Assembly: GCF_001457595.1 (NCBI RefSeq)
Contig: NZ_LN831039.1
Location: forward strand, 3,000,001 to 3,032,000
Source: Mycolicibacterium smegmatis
Lineage (GTDB): Bacteria > Actinomycetota > Actinomycetes > Mycobacteriales > Mycobacteriaceae
Direction of reading: 5' to 3'
DNA: 32,000 nucleotides
The notes under the pieces are model-generated. The model searched no databases. It saw only the letters and a list, made by a program, of their open reading frames with translations, and was not told the DNA's origin. Positions 25,326 through 32,000 of this stretch are shown here, one piece after another. Both the position numbers and the translations under genes were made by a program. Numbering within the stretch: the stretch's first letter is position 1; every line of letters begins with the position of its first letter.

Positions 25326-25402
25326 CACGCGCTGTCGTCGACCGGGTTCTGCCGCACGATCGGATGGCGGTTCCCGGCGTAGTTCCCTGCGCAGTGTTAT
25401 AA

Positions 25403-25416
25403 ATGTTGTCTAACAT
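25403..25416. promoter_or_regulatory. Candidate TetR operator / promoter element upstream of the frameshifted SDR
   Basis: ATGTT-gtct-AACAT dyad (25403-25416), immediately after a TATAAA-like AT-rich element and 18 nt before the GGAGGAG SD/ATG 25434. Confidence 0.3.
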
Positions 25417-25433
25417 CTATTGGAGGAGAACCC

Positions 25434-26130
25434 ATGGTGCACATAGCAGGACGTCGAATGCTCGTGACCGGCGGACAACGCGGTCTCGGTGCGGCATTCG
25501 CGTCCGAACTTCTCGCCAGGGGCGCAGACCGCGTGTATGTCACCGCCCGCAAACCCGCGCCGTCAAGCGATGCCCGGATCGTGCCTGTGGCTCTCGATGT
25601 CACCGACCCTGACTCTGTGCGAGCGGCAACTCGAAATCGCCGACGATGTGGCCATCGTCGTCAACAACGCGGGCACCAATGGGCCTCTGCCCGTCCTGGG
25701 AACCGACATCGACGCCATGCGAGAAGTGTTCGAGACCAACGTCTTCGGTCCCGTGCGGGTCACTCAGGCGTTCGCCCCGGTTCTCGCGCGGCAACCCGAC
25801 AGCGCGCTGGTCAACGTGCATTCGGTGTTCTCGTGGCTGGGAGGAACCGGCGCATACGGAGCATCGAAAGCCGCGCTGTGGTCGTTGACCAACTCTCTGC
25901 GTGTGGAACTCGCGGCGCAGGACACCAAAGTCATCGGAGTGCACCTCAGCTTTGCCGATACCGATATGACCGCGGGCCTCGACGTCTTCAAGATCGCACC
26001 GGAGTACGCCGCGGCACGGGTTCTCGACGGGTTGGAGCGTGACGATGCCGAAGTTCTCGTCGACGACACCTCCCGCGACGTCAAGGCCGCCCTCGCCGGA
26101 CCCGTCGGGGAACTGGTCCTCACGCTGTGA
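25434..26130 (+). pseudogene. Short-chain dehydrogenase/reductase interrupted by a frameshift (pseudogene or sequence error)
   Basis: The N-terminal SDR half (MVHIAGRRMLVTGGQRGLGAAFA...VALDVTDPDSVRAA) is in the frame of track ORF 25434..26042. The C-terminal half (QLEIADDVAIVVNNAG...YGASKAAL...) is in the frame of track ORF 25489..26130. The span is 697 nt (3n+1). The frame must switch between about 25620 and 25650. Confidence 0.75.
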
Positions 26131-26222
26131 GGCGGTAGGGCGCGTCGGTCGCCCTGTCTGCGACGATGGTCGCCGGGCTGCCGAGCCCGCGAGACCACCG
26201 AGACCACCGAAGGAAACGAGGC

Positions 26223-26786
26223 GTGAGCGCAGACGAAACCCTCGAAACCACCATCACGGCACTGCTGGAGCGGGTGCGACGCCTCGAAGACGAACGCGAC
26301 ATCGCCCGTCTGATCGCGTCGTACGGACCGGCCGTGGACGCGGCCGACGCCGACACCGCCGCGGGCCTCTGGGCACAGGACGGCGTGTATGACGTCGAGA
26401 ACTGGCAGATGGTCGGCCGCGGCGACGTGCACGCCATGGTCAGCTCGTCGTCGCACCGCGAACTCGTCGCCGGCGGGTGCAGCCATTTCCTCGGACCGGC
26501 CGTCGTGACCGTCGACGGTGACACCGCCACGGCCGTGTGCGAGTCGGTGGTGTTGCTGAGACGCCCGGAGCCGTTGCCGGACAGCGACTTCCCGCTGCGT
26601 GCATGGCGCTCGTCGGCGCAGGAGTACCTGGTGTGGCGGGCCGCGGCCAATCACTTCGAGCTGGTACGCGACGCGGACGGCTGGCGCATCACCAAACGCA
26701 CCAGCCGGATGCTCGACGGCAATGCCCACGCACACCGGCTGCTCACCGCGGGCCTGGCCGGCGAGCCGGCCGACACCGCTGACTAG
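26223..26786 (+). CDS. SnoaL-like / NTF2-fold protein
   Basis: Track ORF 26166..26786, trimmed to GTG 26223 (VSADETLETTITALLERVRRLEDERDIARLIASYGPAVD...) with GAAGGAAACGAGG upstream. Typical SnoaL_4 N-terminal helix and DG.Y...G block. Confidence 0.8.
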   Translation: MSADETLETTITALLERVRRLEDERDIARLIASYGPAVDAADADTAAGLWAQDGVYDVENWQMVGRGDVHAMVSSSSHRELVAGGCSHFLGPAVVTVDGDTATAVCESVVLLRRPEPLPDSDFPLRAWRSSAQEYLVWRAAANHFELVRDADGWRITKRTSRMLDGNAHAHRLLTAGLAGEPADTAD

Positions 26787-27643
26787 TTGTCCTGCGTCAG
26801 GAACGACAGCACGGTCCGCTCGAACGCGGCCTTGGCCTCGATCATCACCCAGTGCCCGCAGTTGGGGAACACGTGCAGTTCGGCGTTGGGGATGGTGCGC
26901 ATCGGGACCAGGGCCATGTCCAGCGGGCTGACCCGGTCATCGCGGCCCCACGTCAGGAGCGTCGGCGCCTTCACCTTGTGCATGATCGACCAGGGCAACG
27001 GGAAATCCGCGTTGCGCATCATCTCCATCATGGCGGCGAACGCGGCCTTGCCGTACATGCGGCGTGCGGATTCCAGCGTCTCGGGATCGGTCGCCAGCGC
27101 CCACCGTTCCTCGATGAGCTCATCGGTGACCAGGGCCGGGTCGTACACCATCGAGTTGAGCCAGTCGACCAGGCGGGCCCGTGTGGGATCCTCGGTGAAC
27201 TCCTGCAGCAATCGGATGCCCTCGCTGGGCCCGGGGCTGAAGATGTTGGTGCCGATGCCACCGATGGTGACCAGGCGTCGCACGCGGTCGGGGTGGTTGA
27301 TGGCGAAGTTGATCCCCACACCGCCGCCCATCGAGTTGCCGATGATGTCCACCCGGTCGAGACCCAGCGCATCGGCGAACACCACGGCCGCCCTCTGTGC
27401 GTCCAGCATGGGATGACCACCGAAGTCGTCACTCACCCCGAAACCGGGGAACTCCAGCACGAGACAACGGAAATGCTGCGCGAAGAACCCCAGGTTGCCG
27501 CGGTAGTTGCGCCACCCCGTGACGCCGGGCCCGGATCCGTGCAGCAACAGCAGGGGAGGGCCGTCACCCGCCTCGTGGTAACGCAACACCCCCGCATCGG
27601 TGGTGACCTCACGCAACGAGTCCTGGTAGTCGATCGCCTGCAT
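26783..27643 (-). CDS. hsaD: Meta-cleavage-product (C-C bond) hydrolase, HsaD/BphD-like alpha/beta hydrolase
   Basis: Track ORF 26783..27970, trimmed to ATG 27643 (MQAIDYQDSLREVTTDAGVLRYHEAG...), 286 aa, with an AAGGAAAGG SD. LLLLHGSGPGV, GNSMGG nucleophile elbow, WGRDDRVSP and CGHWVMIE are colinear with HsaD (Rv3569c) as I recall it. Confidence 0.9.
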   Translation of the reverse strand: MQAIDYQDSLREVTTDAGVLRYHEAGDGPPLLLLHGSGPGVTGWRNYRGNLGFFAQHFRCLVLEFPGFGVSDDFGGHPMLDAQRAAVVFADALGLDRVDIIGNSMGGGVGINFAINHPDRVRRLVTIGGIGTNIFSPGPSEGIRLLQEFTEDPTRARLVDWLNSMVYDPALVTDELIEERWALATDPETLESARRMYGKAAFAAMMEMMRNADFPLPWSIMHKVKAPTLLTWGRDDRVSPLDMALVPMRTIPNAELHVFPNCGHWVMIEAKAAFERTVLSFLTQDN

Positions 27644-27751
27644 GCTCGCCTTTCCTTGTGGGGAACAGATCGATCTCACACCGTAACGGGCAGCGATCAC
27701 ACCGCAGTGGTCGGCTGAGTGGGACGCGCGAGCGTCGGCGACAATGGGGAC

Positions 27752-28495
27752 GTGGGCGAGAACCTGGTGGTCGCGGCGGTCCAGCCGCGAGTGCTCGACG
27801 GCGATGTGGAGGCGAACGTGGCCTCTCATGTGGAGGCGATCGTCTCCGCCGACGCCCGGTTGGTGGTGTTCCCGGAGTTGTCGCTGAGCGGCTATCGAGC
27901 CGACGCCCAGCCGGTCGACCTCGCCGGTGACGGCCTGGCGGAGCTGGTACGCGCCTGTGCGGCAACACATTCAGTTGCCCTGGTCGGCGCCGCGGTGGAA
28001 ACGTCCGGCGGCCGGTTCATTGCGATGGTGCAGGTCGACGGGACCGGAGTGGACGTGGCCTACCGCAAGACCTTTCTGAGCGGGGACGAGAGCAGGCACT
28101 TCACGGCCGGTGACGGGCCGAGCGTCATCGAGGTGGACGGCTGGCGCGTAGGTATGGGCATCTGCCGAGACACCGGGATCGACGACCATGTGCGAGGTAC
28201 AGCCGCCCTCGGCGTCGATGTCTACGCCTGTGGCGTGGTGCACCACGCGACGGAGCTGGCCGAGCAGCAGCGCCGTGGGCGCAATATCTCCGCCGTATGT
28301 GACGCACCGGTGGTGATGGCGAGTTTCGCCGGCGCCACCGGCGGCGGATTCACGAAAACCGCCGGCCGGTCGGCCATCTGGGCAACGGATGGGAGCGTGC
28401 TCGCTGAGGCCGACGCCTGCCCCGGCGGCATGGCCCATACCACGTTGCAGCGGACCGTCATTGCTGCGCGTCGCGCCAGGCGAGCATCTCGGTGA
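27752..28495 (+). CDS. Carbon-nitrogen hydrolase (nitrilase superfamily) protein
   Basis: Track ORF 27719..28495. Glu-Lys-Cys triad contexts: [18 protein letters not shown] and GMGICRD. The start is either GTG 27752 ([14 protein letters not shown]...) or ATG 27719. Confidence 0.8.
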   Translation: MGENLVVAAVQPRVLDGDVEANVASHVEAIVSADARLVVFPELSLSGYRADAQPVDLAGDGLAELVRACAATHSVALVGAAVETSGGRFIAMVQVDGTGVDVAYRKTFLSGDESRHFTAGDGPSVIEVDGWRVGMGICRDTGIDDHVRGTAALGVDVYACGVVHHATELAEQQRRGRNISAVCDAPVVMASFAGATGGGFTKTAGRSAIWATDGSVLAEADACPGGMAHTTLQRTVIAARRARRASR

Positions 28496-29272
28496 GGACG
28501 GAGAAGTCGTAGCCGTCAGCGGTCGGATGGATCTCGGTGGTGAACGTGCTCGCACCCCCGTCGCGGAAGGTGTTGGCGCTTTCGGCGTCTTCCCAGCCCA
28601 CGGAACGTTCGATGTCGGTGCCGGCACGGCCTGCGGCGGCGCCAGGTCGTCCAGACGTGCGCTGGCATCGTGGAACTTGTCGAGGCTGATGTAGGTGTGC
28701 CAGATGTCGGCGTGCCGGGCCACCGCGGGTAGTGTGCGCTTGATGCCGGATCCACCGATCAGGATCGGGATCTTGCGTATCGGGGCGGGTTTGAGTGCCT
28801 CAAGGCGCGCCGCGATGCGGTCCAGGCCGTCGTCGAGCAGGTCGAACCGGGTCTTCCAGGTGCCGAAGTCGTAGCCGTAGGTGGTGTAGTCCTTTTCATA
28901 CCAGCCCGCGCCGAGACCGAGGATGAGTCGGCCGCCGCTGATGTGGTCCACGGTGCGGGCCATGTCGGCAAGCAGGTCGGGATTGCGGTACCCGACGCCG
29001 CTGACCTGGAGACCGATCTCGGCACGGCTGGTGATCTCGCCCCACGTGGCCAGCGCTGTCCAACCCTCGAAGTTGTTGACGTCAGGCTGAGACTCGTACA
29101 GCACGGGCATGGCGTCGACGATTCTGCTGAAGTTGGATTTGTGGAAGTGGTCGTAGCCGAGAATGATGTCGGCGCCGATGTCTTCGGCGCGCAGGACCGC
29201 ACTGCGCCAACTCTGATAGTCCGGTGCTCCTCCGGGCCAGATCTGCACCCCGACGCGTAGTGGTCGACTCAT
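28458..29272 (-). pseudogene. LLM-class probable F420-dependent oxidoreductase interrupted by a frameshift (pseudogene or sequence error)
   Basis: Residues 1 to about 209 of track ORF 27971..29272 ([44 protein letters not shown]...ARLDDL) align with the paralogue at 30043..30855. Homology then continues in another frame that I translated by hand ([61 protein letters not shown]), ending at TGA 28460-28458. The span is 815 nt (3n+2). The shift lies around 28625-28650. Confidence 0.8.
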
Positions 29273-29334
29273 GTTGCGTCCCTTCGTCCCTGTGGATGTC
29301 GTCGATGATTGGCGTTCACCTGGAATCGCCGCAA

Positions 29335-29463
29335 GTACTTACTTTTTTGTATGTGGCGCGCAGACAACAGGATTCAGAAAAACACGTGTCGTGTGCGCGA
29401 GTCGGGATGAGGGTCAGGTCCGCTGATCGACGACGTCAGGTGCACTGACATGAAAGTAAGTAC
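29335..29463. promoter_or_regulatory. Candidate HxlR operator pair: a perfect 11-bp inverted repeat in an AT-rich divergent intergenic region
   Basis: GTACTTACTTT (29335-29345) and its exact reverse complement AAAGTAAGTAC (29453-29463). The left copy sits in the 8-bp palindrome AAGTACTT (29333-29340). An ACACGTGT palindrome lies at 29382-29389. The 265-bp spacer (29273-29537) is clearly more AT-rich than its flanks. Confidence 0.4.
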
Positions 29464-29537
29464 CCGCTCCGGGGAAGAGATGGCTTTGTCGCGCGGTTGC
29501 AGCACAGACAAGGACAAGATCGAATCGAGGGATTCCG

Positions 29538-29924
29538 GTGACGAGCGACGTGACACAGAGGACGTTCTACTGTGGGCTGGATGCCGCGCTCGCGATAGTC
29601 GGCGGCCGGTGGAAGTTTCTGACCGTCTGGCAACTCGCTGTCCAGGGTGCACAACGCTACGGACAACTGCGAGCCAGAGTCGAGGGGGTCAGCGAGAAGG
29701 TGTTGATCGGGGCCCTCAGGGATCTCGAAGCAGACGGCGTCGTCGAACGCAGGGACCACCGGACTGTGCCTCCCCACGTCGAGTACTCGTTGACGCCCTC
29801 TGGGGTCGAGCTCGCAAAAGTCCTGGAGCCCCTCTGCCGGTGGGGCTACGACCATATGAAGGTCCATACGGAAGCCCGTACGGAGCAGATGGCTCATCGA
29901 GCCGAGCTCGCCGCACTGGCGTGA
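29538..29924 (+). CDS. HxlR-family (MarR-like winged-helix) transcriptional regulator
   Basis: Track ORF, 128 aa, GTG start with GAGGGA upstream. YCGLDAALAIVGGRWKFLTVWQL...RYGQLRARVEGVSEKVLIGALRDLEADGVVERR...PPHVEYSLTPSG is the canonical HxlR pattern. Confidence 0.85.
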   Translation: MTSDVTQRTFYCGLDAALAIVGGRWKFLTVWQLAVQGAQRYGQLRARVEGVSEKVLIGALRDLEADGVVERRDHRTVPPHVEYSLTPSGVELAKVLEPLCRWGYDHMKVHTEARTEQMAHRAELAALA

Positions 29925-30042
29925 GGGCCATTGCGTGCGCCTATCGCGGCCACCGTGGACAGCGCCACCGAGGCCGCATTGGCGTCGCGACACACAGTTG
30001 TGCTGCCGAGTTCGAAGAGCGGTCTGAACCGAAGGGAAAACG

Positions 30043-30855
30043 ATGACCACACAAACGAACTCGAACAGCATCCGGATCGGCGTGCAGTTGTGGCCGGGCG
30101 GCGTCGCCGACTACCGCACCTGGCGTGACGCTGTCCTGAGAGCCGAAGAACTCGGTGTCGATGTGATCTTCGGCTACGACCACTTCCACCGCCCGACGGC
30201 CGAGATCGTCGACGGCGGGCCGCGTCTGCTGCCTGATCAACCCGCCGTCAACAATTTCGAGGGCTGGACCGCGCTCGCATCCTGGGGCGAGATCACCACC
30301 CGCACCGAGATCGGGTTGCTGGTCACCGGTATCGGCTACCGCAACCCCGACCTGCTTGCCGACATGGCCCGCACCGTGGACGGCCGACTCATCCTCGGCC
30401 TCGGCTCTGGCTGGTACGAAAAGGACTACCACGATTACGGATACGAGTACGGCAGCGTCGCGTCGCGCATGGACCTGTTCGAGGCAGGCCTCGCGCGCAT
30501 CGAGCAGCGGCTCGATCGGCTGGTGCCCGCGCCCCTGCGCCACATCCCGATCCTCATCGGTGGCGCCGGTGAGCGTCGGACCATGCCGCTGGTGGCCCGC
30601 CACGCCGACATCTGGCACAGCTTCCTCGACATCGAGTCGTTCCGGAAGAAAAGCCAGTTGCTCGAACAGTTGGCCGACGGTGTCGATCGCGACCACAGGA
30701 AGATCGACCGCGCCGTACAGTGGACGGGCGCCGACGAGGCCGGGGAGTACGTGGCAGAAGGGGTCACGTTGTTCACCGCTGTGATTCGTCCCGACACCAA
30801 TGGCTACGAGTTCACCGAGGTGGAGAGCATGCTGGCCTGGCGCCGCGCTCAGTAG
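30043..30855 (+). CDS. LLM-class probable F420-dependent oxidoreductase (intact paralogue of 28458..29272)
   Basis: Track ORF, 270 aa. [88 protein letters not shown] and IPILIGGAG. GAAGGGAAAA SD upstream. Confidence 0.9.
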   Translation: MTTQTNSNSIRIGVQLWPGGVADYRTWRDAVLRAEELGVDVIFGYDHFHRPTAEIVDGGPRLLPDQPAVNNFEGWTALASWGEITTRTEIGLLVTGIGYRNPDLLADMARTVDGRLILGLGSGWYEKDYHDYGYEYGSVASRMDLFEAGLARIEQRLDRLVPAPLRHIPILIGGAGERRTMPLVARHADIWHSFLDIESFRKKSQLLEQLADGVDRDHRKIDRAVQWTGADEAGEYVAEGVTLFTAVIRPDTNGYEFTEVESMLAWRRAQ

Positions 30856-30878
30856 CTAAAAACATGTGGTCTGCTCCG

Positions 30879-32000
30879 CTATCGAACCTGTGCGCGCAAC
30901 GCGTCCGTGCCATGGCGGTGCAGATCCTCGGCGACACCGACCACGTAATCGGCGAAGTCGCGGCGCTGCGCCACGTCGGCCCCGACGATCGAAGGTTCGG
31001 TGACAAGTCGGCGAACGGCTGCGCCGACCGGCAGGCCGGCCGTCATGGCCGTGAGCTCATCCGCCCGTGGATCTGCCAGTGCGGTGGGCTGTCCGTCGGC
31101 GTCGACCGGATCGACGACGTGCAGGGCCCACCCCGCGATCCCCAGCGCCGCCCACCGCGCGGGCGTTCCCTGGCCGGCGCGTGCCGACACCGTGCGGAGC
31201 AGTCGGGGACCGATTTTCTGGGACCCGTCGGAGGCCACTTGGAGCGTGGTGTGGGGCAGTGCGGTATTGGCGAACCGGGCGAGCACCGATTCGCCGTAGT
31301 CGCCCACCTCGAGCCCGGCGGGCGCGTCGAGCGACGGACGCACATCGTCCGCGAACAGGCGTCGGCAGATGTCGGCCAGCACAGAGTCGTGGACGGCTTC
31401 GGCGATCGAGCGGTACCCGAGACGCAGGCCGAGGTAGGCGAGCGTGGAGTGCGCGGCGTTGAGAACTCGCAGTTTGAGCTGTTCCCACGGCGCGACATCG
31501 TCGACCAGCTGCGTCCCGACCGCCGACCAGGCGGGCACCGGCCCCGCGAAACGGGATTCGATGACCCATTGACGGAACGGCTCGCACATCACCGGTGCCT
31601 GGTCGCGCACTCCGATACTCCGGGACAGTGCGGCGATGTCCTCGTCGGTGGTTGCAGGGACGATGCGGTCGACGACCGTCGACGGGTATGTGACCGTGGC
31701 GCCGTCGTCGACGGAAAGACCTGCCGCATCGGAGAATTCGTGCACAATCTGCTGAAGAAGGCGTCCATTGTGGGGCAGGTTGTCGCAGGAGATCACGGTG
31801 AGGGGTCCCGCTCCGGAACGTGCTCGCCGCGCGATCGCGTGTGCGAGGACGCCGGGCACCGTGCGCGGCGCACCCGAGTGCAAGTCGTCGGCAATTCTCG
31901 GGTGGTCGAAATCCAGTCCACCGGTGGCGGGGTCGAGGCAGTAACCCTTCTCGGTCACCGTCAGCGTCACCACGTGCACGGCGGGGTCACAGATGCGCTC
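30879..32000 (-). CDS. Mannitol dehydrogenase family oxidoreductase (mannitol 2-dehydrogenase / mannonate-altronate oxidoreductase type), C-terminal part; the N-terminus lies beyond the right edge
   Basis: Track ORF 30879..31979. The same frame stays open to base 32000 (ERICDPAVHVVTLTVTEKGY...). In this family the TLTVTEKGY motif sits about 130 residues into the protein, so the GTG at 31979 is not the real start. LNAAHSTLAYLG block present. Confidence 0.85.
   Translation of the reverse strand, partial: ERICDPAVHVVTLTVTEKGYCLDPATGGLDFDHPRIADDLHSGAPRTVPGVLAHAIARRARSGAGPLTVISCDNLPHNGRLLQQIVHEFSDAAGLSVDDGATVTYPSTVVDRIVPATTDEDIAALSRSIGVRDQAPVMCEPFRQWVIESRFAGPVPAWSAVGTQLVDDVAPWEQLKLRVLNAAHSTLAYLGLRLGYRSIAEAVHDSVLADICRRLFADDVRPSLDAPAGLEVGDYGESVLARFANTALPHTTLQVASDGSQKIGPRLLRTVSARAGQGTPARWAALGIAGWALHVVDPVDADGQPTALADPRADELTAMTAGLPVGAAVRRLVTEPSIVGADVAQRRDFADYVVGVAEDLHRHGTDALRAQVR

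Noticed and set aside
26191-26208. Tandem 9-bp duplication GAGACCACC GAGACCACC upstream of the NTF2 gene
   Set aside because: There are only two copies, in non-coding DNA next to the SD. This is too short to call a repeat element or regulatory array without comparative data.
691-27970. Long N-terminal extensions in track ORFs (691..2133, 1680..2855, 5272..6699, 8727..10400, 13238..14026, 13864..14352, 15495..17126, 18440..19816, 19681..20838, 20748..22490, 26783..27970)
   Set aside because: The extensions are Arg/Pro/Gly-rich and overlap the upstream gene or the promoter region. Family homology starts at internal ATG/GTG codons, several of which have good SD sequences or ATGA coupling. The starts were trimmed accordingly.
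27971-29272. 433-aa minus-strand ORF taken as a single gene
   Set aside because: Only the first 209 or so residues are LLM-like. The remainder is low-complexity read-through after a frameshift and lies antisense to the carbon-nitrogen hydrolase gene. The genuine C-terminus is found in another frame, ending at 28458.
29436-30071. ORFs 29436..30071 (-) and 29450..30046 (+) spanning the HxlR region
   Set aside because: They compete with the 128-aa HxlR frame, which shows the canonical family pattern. These alternatives have no motifs and begin inside the AT-rich intergenic region.
1-32000. Mobile elements, defence systems, toxin-antitoxin pairs, CRISPR arrays, tRNA/rRNA/riboswitch-like RNAs
   Set aside because: I looked for transposase, integrase and recombinase motifs, regularly spaced repeats, cloverleaf-like segments, long non-coding gaps and small paired ORFs, and found none. 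The longest non-coding gaps (29273-29537, 17327-17520) are explained as promoter/terminator regions. The window appears to be purely metabolic and regulatory.

Overview
High-G+C, densely coding actinobacterial chromosome, Mycobacterium/Mycolicibacterium-like by protein content (G+C judged by eye, not computed). I found no rRNA, tRNA, CRISPR array, transposase, integrase or phage gene. I call 35 coding regions, two of them partial at the window edges and two visibly frameshifted. The window is an oxidative catabolic island made of several transcription units. (1) A ten-gene minus-strand operon (10310 to 1): acyl-CoA synthetase, Zn-alcohol dehydrogenase, aldehyde dehydrogenase, enoyl-CoA hydratase, an overlapping pair of acyl-CoA dehydrogenase genes, a SnoaL/NTF2 protein, an SDR, an HSL-type esterase and an unknown protein. 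(2) A divergent 640-aa Baeyer-Villiger monooxygenase (BVMO) of the HAPMO size class, start/stop-coupled to an SDR. (3) Two small alpha+beta-barrel proteins opposite an Old-Yellow-Enzyme flavoreductase. (4) An IclR regulator start/stop-coupled to a second HSL esterase. (5) A kshB-like reductase, hsaA-like flavin monooxygenase and hsaC-like extradiol dioxygenase operon ending in a perfect hairpin. (6) A divergent operon of a second BVMO, an SDR, an F420-type LLM oxidoreductase and an ACT-domain protein. (7) A TetR regulator, a frameshifted SDR and an NTF2 protein. (8) An hsaD-like meta-cleavage-product hydrolase divergent from a carbon-nitrogen hydrolase. (9) An HxlR regulator flanked by two inverted paralogous LLM genes, one of them frameshifted. 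(10) The 3' part of a mannitol-dehydrogenase-family gene. Most worth following up is a paralogous steroid-ring-opening module (KshB/HsaA/HsaC/HsaD-like) with no HsaB, KshA or HsaEFG in the window, embedded among two BVMO plus esterase pairs and beta-oxidation genes. From memory this resembles the second kshB2/hsaA2/hsaC2/hsaD2 set reported in a C-19 steroid cluster of M. smegmatis. I cannot verify that identity here, and the surrounding BVMO, esterase, F420 and barrel genes have no assigned role that I know of. All functional calls rest on motif and family recognition by eye; no searches were run.
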